Below, one piece after another: positions 8,197 to 18,044 of a stretch of DNA of 61,943 bases. The DNA comes from Acutalibacteraceae bacterium (GTDB lineage: Bacteria > Bacillota > Clostridia > Oscillospirales > Acutalibacteraceae): assembly GCA_045634165.1 (NCBI GenBank), contig JAZQZU010000050.1:1-61943 (forward strand), given 5' to 3'. Below the pieces are notes generated by a model. The model had not been told where the DNA came from and searched no databases. It saw only the letters and a list, made by a program, of their open reading frames with translations. A program made the translations under genes and the position numbers. Positions within the stretch are counted from its first letter, which is position 1. Each line of letters starts with the position of its first letter.

Positions 8197-8952
8197 ATGA
8201 AAATAGTTTTACTCACCGCTATTGGTGTTGGCGGAGCCACGATGTTTGGCTCTGTTATCGGATTTGCTTTCAAAAAGATTTCACATAAATTCAGCGATAT
8301 AGTTCTTTCGTTTGCTGCAGGTGTTATGCTTGCGGCTGCGGTATTGGGATTAATAATTCCCTCTGTTGAATATGGTGGGAAATTCGGTATAATTATTACA
8401 GTTATTGGTGTGTTCTGCGGTGCGGTTTGTCTTAACCTGATTGACAAACTCGTTCCCCATATGCACAAAATTGTGGGTGTTGATGCCGAAAAGCATAATG
8501 GTAACGAAAATTTAAATAAGGTTTTGCTTTTTGTTATGGCTATTGCAATCCATAATCTGCCCGAGGGTATTGCAGCAGGTGTTGGTTTTGGTGGTGGTGG
8601 TACAAGTGAAGCATTGCTTATTGCAGGTGGTATTGCTTTGCAGAATATCCCTGAGGGTATGGTAATTATAGGGCCGATGTTAGCTGCAGGTGTATCGTCG
8701 AAAAGGACATTTATATGCGCTATGGCAACGGGTCTTGTGGAAGTTCTGGGTACATTACTCGGCTATTTTGCGGTAAGCTTAGCCTCATTTATATTACCCT
8801 TTGCACTTGCTTTTGCAGGTGGTACAATGCTTTATGTAGTAAGCGATGAAATTATACCCGAAACCCATTCTCACGGAAGTGAAAGAGGGGCAACTTATGC
8901 CTTATTGGTGGGCTTTTGTGTAATGCTCGTATCTGATGTTTTGTTGGGATAG
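8197..8952 (+). CDS. ZIP family metal (zinc) transporter, ZupT-like
   Basis: Motifs HNLPEGIAAG and LQNIPEGM in a polytopic membrane protein. Confidence 0.8.
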   Translation: MKIVLLTAIGVGGATMFGSVIGFAFKKISHKFSDIVLSFAAGVMLAAAVLGLIIPSVEYGGKFGIIITVIGVFCGAVCLNLIDKLVPHMHKIVGVDAEKHNGNENLNKVLLFVMAIAIHNLPEGIAAGVGFGGGGTSEALLIAGGIALQNIPEGMVIIGPMLAAGVSSKRTFICAMATGLVEVLGTLLGYFAVSLASFILPFALAFAGGTMLYVVSDEIIPETHSHGSERGATYALLVGFCVMLVSDVLLG

Positions 8953-9654
8953 GTGATTTTTATTAAATACAGGGAAGTTAAAAAAGGTGTTTTTATTGAA
9001 CGTCCCAACAGGTTTATTGCAAAGGTAATGGTTGATGGCAATGAAGAAACCGTCCACGTTAAAAATACAGGCAGATGTAAAGAATTGCTCGTAACCGGTG
9101 CGACAGTTTACCTTAGTGTTGCTCAAAATCCATTAAGAAAAACTAAGTTTGACTTAATCAGCGTTGATAAGGTAACCCAAAGGGGTATATTTAAAGTGAA
9201 TATGGACTCGCAGATACCAAACGATGTGATTGAAGAATGGCTTAAGCGAGGGAATCTTTTCTCGGAAAAAGCTATAATCAAACGTGAGGTGTTTTATGGT
9301 AAATCACGTTTCGATTTTTATATTCAGGATAATGCCAGAAGAATTTTTCTTGAAGTTAAGGGTGTAACACTTGAAAAAGATGGAGTTGCCAGTTTCCCTG
9401 ACGCACCCACTGAAAGAGGAATTAAGCATATAAACGAACTTGTCGAGTGTCTTAAAGAAGGATATGAAGCTTATATTCTTTTTGTAATACAAATGAAGAA
9501 TATTGATTATTTCACACCTAATTATGCTACTCACCCGCAGTTTGGTGAGGCTTTGAAATTTGCACAGGAAAACGGTGTTAAAATCCTAGCTTATGACTGT
9601 ATTGTTGATGATGACGATATAGTGCTTGATAAAGAAATTAAAATTATTTTATAA
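8953..9654 (+). CDS. sfsA: Sugar fermentation stimulation protein SfsA
   Basis: N-terminal G.FI.RPNRFIAKV motif and length of about 230 aa. GTG start directly after the ZIP gene stop codon. Confidence 0.8.
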   Translation: MIFIKYREVKKGVFIERPNRFIAKVMVDGNEETVHVKNTGRCKELLVTGATVYLSVAQNPLRKTKFDLISVDKVTQRGIFKVNMDSQIPNDVIEEWLKRGNLFSEKAIIKREVFYGKSRFDFYIQDNARRIFLEVKGVTLEKDGVASFPDAPTERGIKHINELVECLKEGYEAYILFVIQMKNIDYFTPNYATHPQFGEALKFAQENGVKILAYDCIVDDDDIVLDKEIKIIL

Positions 9655-9674
9655 ACAAAAACGGATGTGAAAAC

Positions 9675-12152
9675 ATGGCTAAAAAATTATATTTACTTTG
9701 TAACGCTCATCTTGACCCTGTGTGGCAATGGGAGTGGGAGGAAGGTGCCGCAGAAGCCCTTTCAACCTTCCGTATTGCCGCGCAGTTTTGTGAGGAGTAT
9801 GACAGTTTTGTGTTCTGTCACAATGAGGCGTTATTGTACAAGTGGGTTGAGGAGTTTGACCCCGAATTATTTGCTCATATTCAGGAGCTTGTAAAGAAGG
9901 GTAAATGGCACATAATAGGCGGTTGGCACTTGCAACCCGACTGTAATATGCCTTCGGGTGAAGCCCTTGTAAGGCAGATAATGAGTGGCAGAAAGTACTT
10001 CAAAGAAAAGTTCGGTGTTATCCCCACAGTTGCTTTTAATGCTGACCCCTTTGGTCACAGTCGCGGACTTGTGCAGATTATGAAAAAGAGTGGGTATGAC
10101 GGCTACTTATTTATGCGCCCGAGTCCTGCATTTATCGAATTACCTTCAAATGATTTTACATGGAAGGGTTACGACGGCTCCGAGATTACTGCAGTTAGAA
10201 TGCGGGGCGGATATAATTCCGCAAAGAGTCGCGCAACCGAGAAGATTTTACGACTTATTGATGAATGTCCCGACGATGATTTTTACTTGTGCCTTTGGGG
10301 TATCGGTAACCACGGTGGCGGACCTTCTAAAAAGGATCTTGACGATATTGCCGTGCTTATAAAAGAGCAGAAGAAAATGGGTGTTGAGGTGTTACATTCA
10401 ACAGAGGAAGCATATTTTAACGAGCTTCGTGAGAAAAAGGAACTTCCCGTTTTTGATAAAAGTCTTAATCCATGGGCACCCGGTTGCTACACAAGTCAGA
10501 TTCGTGTAAAGCAGAAATACCGACTTGCAGAAAATACGTATTTTCTTACAGAGTCAATGTGTTCACACGCATCTTCTTTAGGTTTAATGAAATACCCCGA
10601 GGGTAAACTTGCCGAGGCAATTTATGACATAATCACAGTGCAGTTTCACGATATGTTGCCGGGCTCGTCCATTCAACCTGCGGAAGAAATGTGCATAAGA
10701 ATGCTCGATCACGCTATTGAAATTCTTTCCCGAATCAAGGCTCAGGCATTCTTCCTCTTGGCTTCAGGGCAGAAAAAAGCACCCGAGGATAAAATCCCCG
10801 TGTTCATTTATAACCCTTATCCCTATGAAGTAAAGGGGGATTTTACTGCAGAATTTATGCTTTGGGACCAAGTGCGTGACTTCGTGTTTATGAAGCCCCA
10901 AATCTTCAACGAAAAGGGTGAGAAATGCCCCACCCAATGCGAGAAAGAGTACAGCACAATTCCCATTGAGTGGAGTAAGAGAGTTGTTTTCAATGCAACT
11001 CTTGAACCTATGAAGCTTAACAGATTTGAATGTGAATTTGAAAGAGTACCCGAAAGACCTGAAAAAATCTGCAAAGAAACTGATACTCATTTTGAGTTTG
11101 AAAGCAAGGATTTAAGCGTAAAAATCAATAAAAACACAGGCTTTATAGACTCCGTTGTTAAAAACGGCAACGAGTTTGTGAAGGACGGTGCTTTCGCTCT
11201 TGAGGTGTGGAACGACAACTCTGATCCTTGGTATATGGAGGAAACTGCCTGGTGCGAAAAATTGGGTGAATTTAAACTCCTTGAGGACAGTGAGGCTAAA
11301 GCTTTCTGTAACACACACGAACCCATAAAGGGTGTTCATATTATCGAGCATGGTGACGTAAGAACAGTTTTTGAGGCAGTTTTCGCCTATAATAAATCCA
11401 ACGCAATTGTAAAGTATATTCTTTCAAATGATGGTAGCTTCAAGTTGGATATACGCGTCAATTGGTGCGAAAAAGAAAAACTTATAAAACTTAAGGTTCC
11501 TGCTTCTTTTGGTGCTTGTGAGTGTATTGGTGAACATCCATACGGCAGAGAAGTTCTTAAAAATGGCCTCGAGGAAAACGTTTCACAGAAATATATTGTA
11601 TTCTGCGACCACCACAAGGCAATACTTGGGGTTAATAACGGTGTTTACGGCTTGTCTTTTGATGAGAAAAACGGCGAATTACATATTACTCTTATGCGTT
11701 CACCCTCGTATTGCGCACATCCCGTTGACGACAGGGTTGTTATGCCACAGGATAGAGCAATGCCCTATATTGAACAGGGCGAAAGAGATTTCTCCTTTGA
11801 ATTTTGTTTCGGTGAAAAGACGGGAATTCTTAATAATGCATCAAGAATTGCTCAACATTTTAACGTTGCGCCAATGGTTCTGTCATTTTATCCAACAGGC
11901 GTGGGAGAATTACCCTCGTCACCAATATGCATTAAAGATAATGATGTTATCAATATAACCGCATTTAAAAAGGCGGAGAATACTGATGATTACATTATCC
12001 GTCTGTTTAACCCCACGGAGGATGAACAGAAGGCAACGCTTTCTTACTTTAATAATTCAATTAAAGTTGAACTCAATGGGTTTGAAATCAAAACATTTAA
12101 ATGCAATGTTGAGAGTATTTCTGAAACTCAGTTAATGGAAGATATTATATAA
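9675..12152 (+). CDS. Glycoside hydrolase family 38 alpha-mannosidase (cytoplasmic)
   Basis: N-terminal CNAHLDPVWQWEWEEG, FNADPFGHS and GIGNHGGGP motifs. No signal peptide. Confidence 0.85.
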   Translation: MAKKLYLLCNAHLDPVWQWEWEEGAAEALSTFRIAAQFCEEYDSFVFCHNEALLYKWVEEFDPELFAHIQELVKKGKWHIIGGWHLQPDCNMPSGEALVRQIMSGRKYFKEKFGVIPTVAFNADPFGHSRGLVQIMKKSGYDGYLFMRPSPAFIELPSNDFTWKGYDGSEITAVRMRGGYNSAKSRATEKILRLIDECPDDDFYLCLWGIGNHGGGPSKKDLDDIAVLIKEQKKMGVEVLHSTEEAYFNELREKKELPVFDKSLNPWAPGCYTSQIRVKQKYRLAENTYFLTESMCSHASSLGLMKYPEGKLAEAIYDIITVQFHDMLPGSSIQPAEEMCIRMLDHAIEILSRIKAQAFFLLASGQKKAPEDKIPVFIYNPYPYEVKGDFTAEFMLWDQVRDFVFMKPQIFNEKGEKCPTQCEKEYSTIPIEWSKRVVFNATLEPMKLNRFECEFERVPERPEKICKETDTHFEFESKDLSVKINKNTGFIDSVVKNGNEFVKDGAFALEVWNDNSDPWYMEETAWCEKLGEFKLLEDSEAKAFCNTHEPIKGVHIIEHGDVRTVFEAVFAYNKSNAIVKYILSNDGSFKLDIRVNWCEKEKLIKLKVPASFGACECIGEHPYGREVLKNGLEENVSQKYIVFCDHHKAILGVNNGVYGLSFDEKNGELHITLMRSPSYCAHPVDDRVVMPQDRAMPYIEQGERDFSFEFCFGEKTGILNNASRIAQHFNVAPMVLSFYPTGVGELPSSPICIKDNDVINITAFKKAENTDDYIIRLFNPTEDEQKATLSYFNNSIKVELNGFEIKTFKCNVESISETQLMEDII

Positions 12153-12192
12153 AAAAGCAGACTTTCGGTATAAAAACCGAAAGTCTGTTATT
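12153..12192. terminator. Bidirectional terminator between GH38 and GH30 genes
   Basis: Stem cagactttcgg / ccgaaagtctg flanked by an A-run and a T-rich run. Confidence 0.7.
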
Positions 12193-13623
12193 TTATTTTA
12201 TTACGAACGTTGTAATTGAATTACCTTTTAAAGTGTAGTCGAAAGTGCCGTTATCAAAATCAAACGAGGGGAGCTCTGCCCAGTTTTCACCATCTTTAAG
12301 AGTTCCTGAGGTTCGTATCACTTCTACTGTACCCGAAGTCTTTTTGAATTCATTAAAATCAATTGATTTAATAATATCTTTCTTTTTACTGTTCACGCAA
12401 ACGAGGGTAATTCTACCTGTTTTGTTGTCAATTGCTCCGAGGGTGTAAGGGTCAATATGAATGATGGTGTCGCCGGGTCTTATATACCTTGTGAACTGAC
12501 CGAAGCCATAGTATTTCTTTGAAAGGAAAATCTCTTTTTCATCGTGGTCGGCAAAAGCAACACCCCAGTAACCTTTTTCTGTTGAGGGGAAGCCTGAGTC
12601 AACATTACCCATAAAACCATTTTTACTTCTGTGGCAATCTATTACCAGCCAGATAACCCACGCAGAGGGAGAGAGTGAATTGATATCTGATATTATTTTC
12701 TCACCAAACCACAGAGCTGCGCCCATTTCACCTGCATTCTGACCACTTGTGTTGCTCCAGTCGGTTTCGCTCATCCAGATATTCATATTTTCCGTTTGCA
12801 TAAGTGCGCCTAACTTATCTGCTTTGTCATCAATATAAGTGTGAACGTTTACACGGTCAAGAATCTGTTTAACCTCATCAGTGTATAACAGGTATTCTTC
12901 AAGTTGCTTTTTGGTAGAGGTTTCATCGCTACCAACGATTTTAATGTTATTTAAGCCTTTGTTTTTAATAGCTTTTGCGGTTTCGATCAATATTTTGTTC
13001 TGTTTTTCGCCCGGGTCATAATGGCATCCCTCTTGCTTTTCACTGAATTCACCCCAATAGTCAGTGTTGGGTTCATTCATAGGTGACACGCAATACACGT
13101 TTATATTAAGTTTATTGTTTATGTACTCGGTAACGTGGGCAATGTACTGGGCAAAATCTGTATAACATTCATCTTTAAGGTTGTTGTCGTTTGGGTTGGT
13201 GTTACCGCTTGTACAACCGCTTTTTGTCATAAAATAGGGAGGGGAGTTTGAAAAGACCTCGACAAGTGCGTTTTTATCTGCGGTTTTGTAAGCTGCTGAA
13301 AGCACGTTTAACTGATTTTTGTCCGCGGTGTAGTCGTAGTAATATTCATTCTTTTCCTTATCAAAATAAAGCCAACCGGGTATTATTGAGTCGGTTCTTT
13401 TTATGTGCGTATGTGTAGGATCATCACCGCCACCGATATTATATCGCATAATATTGAGGTTGAGTCCCTTGCTACTAAAGAAAAGCTCGCCACTCTTCTG
13501 AGTTAATTCGGGTGAGTAGCCTATTCGGTGAGCCCACCAACAAAGACTTGTACCCCAACCCTCAAACTTGCCGTTATTGGTTTTGGAAACGTTCTTCAAC
13601 TGTAGTTTTATGGTGTTTTTCAT
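12193..13623 (-). CDS. Glycoside hydrolase family 30 (beta-1,6-glycanase / glucosylceramidase-like)
   Basis: FEGWGTSLCWWA motif near the N-terminus and SPMNEP (acid/base Glu region). ATG at 13623 follows RBS aagggg. The ORF track begins at GTG 13632. No signal peptide. Confidence 0.75.
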   Translation of the reverse strand: MKNTIKLQLKNVSKTNNGKFEGWGTSLCWWAHRIGYSPELTQKSGELFFSSKGLNLNIMRYNIGGGDDPTHTHIKRTDSIIPGWLYFDKEKNEYYYDYTADKNQLNVLSAAYKTADKNALVEVFSNSPPYFMTKSGCTSGNTNPNDNNLKDECYTDFAQYIAHVTEYINNKLNINVYCVSPMNEPNTDYWGEFSEKQEGCHYDPGEKQNKILIETAKAIKNKGLNNIKIVGSDETSTKKQLEEYLLYTDEVKQILDRVNVHTYIDDKADKLGALMQTENMNIWMSETDWSNTSGQNAGEMGAALWFGEKIISDINSLSPSAWVIWLVIDCHRSKNGFMGNVDSGFPSTEKGYWGVAFADHDEKEIFLSKKYYGFGQFTRYIRPGDTIIHIDPYTLGAIDNKTGRITLVCVNSKKKDIIKSIDFNEFKKTSGTVEVIRTSGTLKDGENWAELPSFDFDNGTFDYTLKGNSITTFVIK

Positions 13624-13801
13624 ATATTTCACCCCTTAAGATGAGTTTATTACATTATTTTGAAATAATCAATATGTTGCAAAATTTATTTATTAGGTTT
13701 AAAATATTAATAACTTTATTTTTTCTTTACTTTTTCATTACTTTATCTTTTTTACACTATGTTTTAATGTAACCAAGGTCATAGGATTACGGAGGTTTAC
13801 T

Positions 13802-14491
13802 ATGTATCGTGTGCTTGTTTGCGATGATGATATCGCAATTTTAGAATCTGTTAAAATTTACCTTGAAAACGAGGGTTATGAAGTTTTAACCGCAGTTAAC
13901 GGACTTGAAGCATTAAAAGTTATTGAGAATAACGATATACATTGTATGGTTCTTGATATAATGATGCCCGTCCTTGACGGTATAAGAACTACCGTAAAAA
14001 TTCGCGAGAAATATAATTTTCCTATTATTTTTCTTTCAGCAAAAAGCGAGGATACGGATAAGATTACGGGGCTCGGCTTTGGTGCGGACGATTACGTTAC
14101 AAAACCCTTTAACCCATTGGAGTTAATTGCACGTGTACGCTCACAAATAAGGCGATACGTGTCTTTAGGTAGCCTTACTGTTACAAAGAATATGCTTGTA
14201 ACAGGGGGACTTACCCTTAACAAGGAAACCAAAGAGGTACTTGTTGACGGTGAAAATGTTAAACTTACAGCAAGGGAATTTAACATTCTTAATTACCTTA
14301 TGGACAATATGGGTAAAGTTCTTTCAAGCACACAGATTTACGAGGCGGTATGGAACGAACCCGCTTTTCATACCGAAAAAACCGTAACGGTACATATTAA
14401 AAACATCCGCGAAAAAATTGAAATTAATCCTAAAGAACCTAAATATTTAAAGGTGGTGTGGGGTCTTGGATACAAAATTGAGAAGTATTAA
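13802..14491 (+). CDS. OmpR-family response regulator
   Basis: Receiver domain (VCDDD, VLDIMMP, KP) plus a winged-helix C-terminus (LTAREFNIL...VWGLGYK). Confidence 0.9.
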   Translation: MYRVLVCDDDIAILESVKIYLENEGYEVLTAVNGLEALKVIENNDIHCMVLDIMMPVLDGIRTTVKIREKYNFPIIFLSAKSEDTDKITGLGFGADDYVTKPFNPLELIARVRSQIRRYVSLGSLTVTKNMLVTGGLTLNKETKEVLVDGENVKLTAREFNILNYLMDNMGKVLSSTQIYEAVWNEPAFHTEKTVTVHIKNIREKIEINPKEPKYLKVVWGLGYKIEKY

Positions 14492-16964
14492 GTATTCGGT
14501 ATTCACAAAGTTTTTATGTTGGCTTCTGAGCATTATTTTATTTATTTTTTCCTTTATGGTCATAAGTAAAATAATAGTCGGAGTTTGTATTTTTGGATTT
14601 GACGCTTTTGGTGATGAAAAGCAGGTTGAATTTTATTCTACCGAAGCTTTTAAATCACAGTTCCAAGGAGATTTTTATAACTCTTTAAATATCGCATCCG
14701 TGGATAAAAAGGCATTTTATGAAAAAGTGAATAAGCACAAGGAACAGACCGTTGATGAGGTTTATAATGCTTTTTTAGAAGCAAAGGCAGAGATTATTGG
14801 TGAAGAACTGTATTATGCGGTTAATAACTGGGATGCAGAGTATTATCAATACGAAGAAAGTGTTGATGATATCGAAATCAACGAAGAAACAACATCTGTA
14901 GATGTAAGCAATCTTGGTGATGCGTCCACTTTTAAATTACCCGATGATGCAGGTAAGTATATTTCTGTTCCGCACTACGCACCCGAAAATATCAAAGTAG
15001 CAAGTTACGCCCTTAATACGGCTAACGGTATCGAGTTTCTTAAATATGAACCCCTTGTGCGTGAGGGTGCTTTTCAAGGTGAGTTTGTTATTAACAAAGT
15101 TGTTGACGAGCATTATATGTATGATTTTGGAGTTTACTATAACTTAAATGAAGATGAGGCAAAAGCCGAAATCGAACGGATTTTCGATAATCGAACTGAA
15201 GATGTGTATGATGACTATCACGGCTTGGAATCACTTAAGAGGGGAATGGAGTCCTCGGCTCTGAATCTTAAGTACTATTTAGTTGATTTTGATGGTGAAG
15301 TTACTTCCAATATTGAGGAAATTCCCTCGAACCTCAGTAATAAAAGTCATTACATTCTTGCCAACGGTGGCAATATTAAAGTAGTAGGCTTTGAGGATGA
15401 GGTATTTACCGAAAACCTTAAAGAAAGTCAGGTGAAAACCCTTTGTCTTTACTTTGACGAGGATTTTAAGGAAAATGACGTTTACGGTAAGCTGTATCAG
15501 ATGTACGGCGTAGCTAAAGAGCAAAATACTAAACTGCTTTGTATTGAGCTTGTGGCCGTGCTTGTAATGTGCCTTGTATTCCTTGTTTTGTGGTTGAGGC
15601 TTGTGGGCAAGCATTCGGGTATTGAAACGGTTAAAACCTGTTTTATTGACAAAATACCCAATGATATTCACTTTTTATTAAGCTTCGGTATTATAGGTGC
15701 TTTGACATGGGGCATCGTTACGTTTTGTGCTTATGAACTTACTGACGAGTTTTTGTATTCGGTTTTACTTATGGAGTGGGAGGCTTTGTTGCCTTTATCA
15801 TACCTCTTTATTGTAATTTGTGTGTTTACCGAATGGTTATCATCAGTTGTAAGGATAAAAAGGGCAGGGCAGAAGTATTTTAGAAACACCTTGATTTATA
15901 AAGTGTTCAGATTAATTAAAAAAGTTATTATGAAACTTGTTAAATGCCTCGGTTATAAACCCAAGGCGGTTAAAATCAGGTTTGTAATTGTTTTTGCTTT
16001 GTATCTTTTGGTTAACGTGGCTCTTTTTATCTTAGGTTTTATTTGTTCCTGGGATTTCCCAATTGCAACTATATTTATTGTCTTTGGAATAGTTGTTTTT
16101 AATATTGTTGTAGGCTATTTTGTGGGTGAGTACGTTAATACCCTTGACAAAATAATTGTCGCTTCATCGGAGCATGAAGACATTGTTTTAAAAGATTGTA
16201 CTACACCTCGCTCTTTAAAAATTCTTGCGGATAATTTATCGGTCAAAAATAAATCCATTGATAAGGCAATTGCAGAAGCGGTTAAAAATGAGCAGATGAA
16301 AACTCAGCTTATTACAAACGTTTCACACGACCTTAAAACCCCCTTAACATCACTTATAAATTACTCAGATTTATTATCAAAATGTGAGCTTGATGACGAA
16401 GATGCGGTAAAATATGTTGAGGTTATAAACCAGAAGTCCGATAAGCTCAAACATCTTATTGAGGATTTAATTGAGGCTTCAAAGGCTTCAACAGGTAATG
16501 TTGTATTGAATAAGACTAAACTGAATCTTTGCGAGCTTGCGGTTCAGGCAATTGTCGAGTACACGCCCGACCTTGATAAGAATTATAATACCATAAGGTT
16601 TAATGAACCTGCCGAAGCAACTGTTGTATACGCGGATGGCACAAAGACCTACAGGATTATTTCTAATCTTTTAAGCAACGTTAAAAAGTACTCGGCACCC
16701 GATACAAGAGTATACGTAAGGGTGTTTGAGGAAGGATCTTACGGTTGCTTTGAGATTAAGAATATTTCAAAAGAAGCCCTTGATATTAACCCCGACCAGC
16801 TTACTGAAAGATTTGTAAGAGGGGACGAGGCTAGAACAAACGAGGGTAACGGCTTGGGTCTTGCAATTGCTAAGGATTTATGCACTTTGCAAGGAGGTAT
16901 TTTGGAACTTAAAATCGACGGTGACCTGTTTAAAGCAACAGTAAAATTACCCTTGAGTGAATAA
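14466..16964 (+). CDS. Sensor histidine kinase with a large extracytoplasmic domain and a multi-helix membrane block
   Basis: TTG start follows RBS aaggtgg. One TM helix, then about 300 aa of non-hydrophobic sequence, then about five TM helices. H-box SHDLKTPLTS, N-box NLLSNVKKYS, G-box GNGLGLAIAKD. Confidence 0.85.
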   Translation: MDTKLRSIKYSVFTKFLCWLLSIILFIFSFMVISKIIVGVCIFGFDAFGDEKQVEFYSTEAFKSQFQGDFYNSLNIASVDKKAFYEKVNKHKEQTVDEVYNAFLEAKAEIIGEELYYAVNNWDAEYYQYEESVDDIEINEETTSVDVSNLGDASTFKLPDDAGKYISVPHYAPENIKVASYALNTANGIEFLKYEPLVREGAFQGEFVINKVVDEHYMYDFGVYYNLNEDEAKAEIERIFDNRTEDVYDDYHGLESLKRGMESSALNLKYYLVDFDGEVTSNIEEIPSNLSNKSHYILANGGNIKVVGFEDEVFTENLKESQVKTLCLYFDEDFKENDVYGKLYQMYGVAKEQNTKLLCIELVAVLVMCLVFLVLWLRLVGKHSGIETVKTCFIDKIPNDIHFLLSFGIIGALTWGIVTFCAYELTDEFLYSVLLMEWEALLPLSYLFIVICVFTEWLSSVVRIKRAGQKYFRNTLIYKVFRLIKKVIMKLVKCLGYKPKAVKIRFVIVFALYLLVNVALFILGFICSWDFPIATIFIVFGIVVFNIVVGYFVGEYVNTLDKIIVASSEHEDIVLKDCTTPRSLKILADNLSVKNKSIDKAIAEAVKNEQMKTQLITNVSHDLKTPLTSLINYSDLLSKCELDDEDAVKYVEVINQKSDKLKHLIEDLIEASKASTGNVVLNKTKLNLCELAVQAIVEYTPDLDKNYNTIRFNEPAEATVVYADGTKTYRIISNLLSNVKKYSAPDTRVYVRVFEEGSYGCFEIKNISKEALDINPDQLTERFVRGDEARTNEGNGLGLAIAKDLCTLQGGILELKIDGDLFKATVKLPLSE

Positions 16965-16970
16965 AATAAA

Positions 16971-17007
16971 GGAACAGTAATCCGAGAGGACTACTGTTCC
17001 TGTTTTT
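16971..17007 (+). terminator. Terminator after the two-component operon
   Basis: Stem ggaacagta / tactgttcc followed by tgttttt. Confidence 0.7.
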
Positions 17008-17023
17008 ATGAAAAATAATTTGC

Positions 17024-17052
17024 TTGACATAAAAATAAGGTTTTGATAAAAT
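17024..17052 (+). promoter_or_regulatory. Near-consensus promoter for tRNA-Ser
   Basis: TTGACA (17024-17029), 17-nt spacer, TAAAAT (17047-17052). The tRNA starts at 17070. Confidence 0.55.
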
Positions 17053-17069
17053 GTACAAGTAATATTTAT

Positions 17070-17158
17070 GCAGACGTATCGAAGTGGTCATAACGGGGCG
17101 CACTCGAAATGCGTTAGGGAGAAATCCCCCGTGGGTTCGAATCCCACCGTCTGCGCCA
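17070..17158 (+). tRNA. tRNA-Ser (anticodon CGA) with long variable arm
   Basis: Acceptor gcagacg / cgtctgc plus g plus CCA. Anticodon loop ctCGAaa. Long variable arm gggagaaatcccc. T-arm gtggg-ttcgaat-cccac. Confidence 0.8.
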
Positions 17159-17300
17159 GTATGATAGTACGGATAAGTTTCGTGCTATCATTTTTTATTA
17201 TTATTGTATATATTACAATATGTTTACAGATTTCTTGTTAAGTTGACAATTATACCGTTTAGTGCTAATATTACTTTGATAAATTGCGGTATTATGTCTA

Positions 17301-17972
17301 TCAGAATTTAGCTTTTAATTCGTTTAGTATACGCTTTTCTATCCGTGACACATATGAGCGTGATATTGCAAGCTCTTTAGCAACTTCCTTTTGGGTTAAT
17401 GGAATTTCACCGTTAAGACCGTAGCGTTTTGTAAGAATCAATTTATCCCTGTTTTCGGGCATTTCTTTTAAGAATACCACGAGTTTTTTCAGTTTGTTTT
17501 TTGTGTCTATGTCATCAACTATTGTGTCATCAATGGCGATTATATCCATAAGTGTCATTGGGTTACCCTCGTTGTCTGTGTCTATTGGGTCACTGAATGA
17601 CATTTCTTGTGATAGTTTCTTTGCATTGCGAAAGTACATAAGTATTTCATTTTCAATGCACCTTGCACAGTATGTAGCAAGTCTTGTGCCTTTTTCGGGT
17701 TTGAAACTGTTTATGCCTTTAATAAGGCCTATGGTACCGATAGATATAAGGTCATCCTGTTCACTGTAGTTTGAGTAGTATTTTTTTATTATATGTGCCA
17801 CAAGGCGAAGGTTGTGTTCAATAAGCTTTTTACGGGCTTCTTCGTTACCTTCGCTCAGTTCCCTGAGCACTTGTTCTTCTTCCTTTTTACTTAAGGGTTT
17901 GGGGAATGACTCAGTGTCTGTCACGTGTAAAATAAAAAACAGTAAATTACTAAGTAAATTCAATAAATCCAA
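17301..17972 (-). CDS. sigK: Sporulation sigma factor SigK (pro-sigma-K), uninterrupted
   Basis: IEHNLRLVAHIIKKY, DLISIGTIGLIKGI, ATYCARCIENEILM and ISRSYVSRIEKR match sigma-K rather than sigma-E. A pro-sequence precedes FPKPLSKKEE. The likely start is TTG at 17972, 4 nt after GAGGTGA. The longest ORF (to 18062) would overlap the divergent gene. Confidence 0.85.
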   Translation of the reverse strand: MDLLNLLSNLLFFILHVTDTESFPKPLSKKEEEQVLRELSEGNEEARKKLIEHNLRLVAHIIKKYYSNYSEQDDLISIGTIGLIKGINSFKPEKGTRLATYCARCIENEILMYFRNAKKLSQEMSFSDPIDTDNEGNPMTLMDIIAIDDTIVDDIDTKNKLKKLVVFLKEMPENRDKLILTKRYGLNGEIPLTQKEVAKELAISRSYVSRIEKRILNELKAKF

Positions 17973-18044
17973 AAAATCACCTCGGTTAAGAATATTATTT
18001 TTGAGGGTTGATTTTGCAAGTCCTTTTGTAAAAGAGAGGTTTTT

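Noticed and set aside
17070-17158. Long-variable-arm tRNA as tRNA-Sec.
   Set aside because: The anticodon reads CGA, not TCA. The acceptor/T-stem geometry is the ordinary 7/5 arrangement. No selA/selB/selD genes or in-frame TGA codons were noticed.
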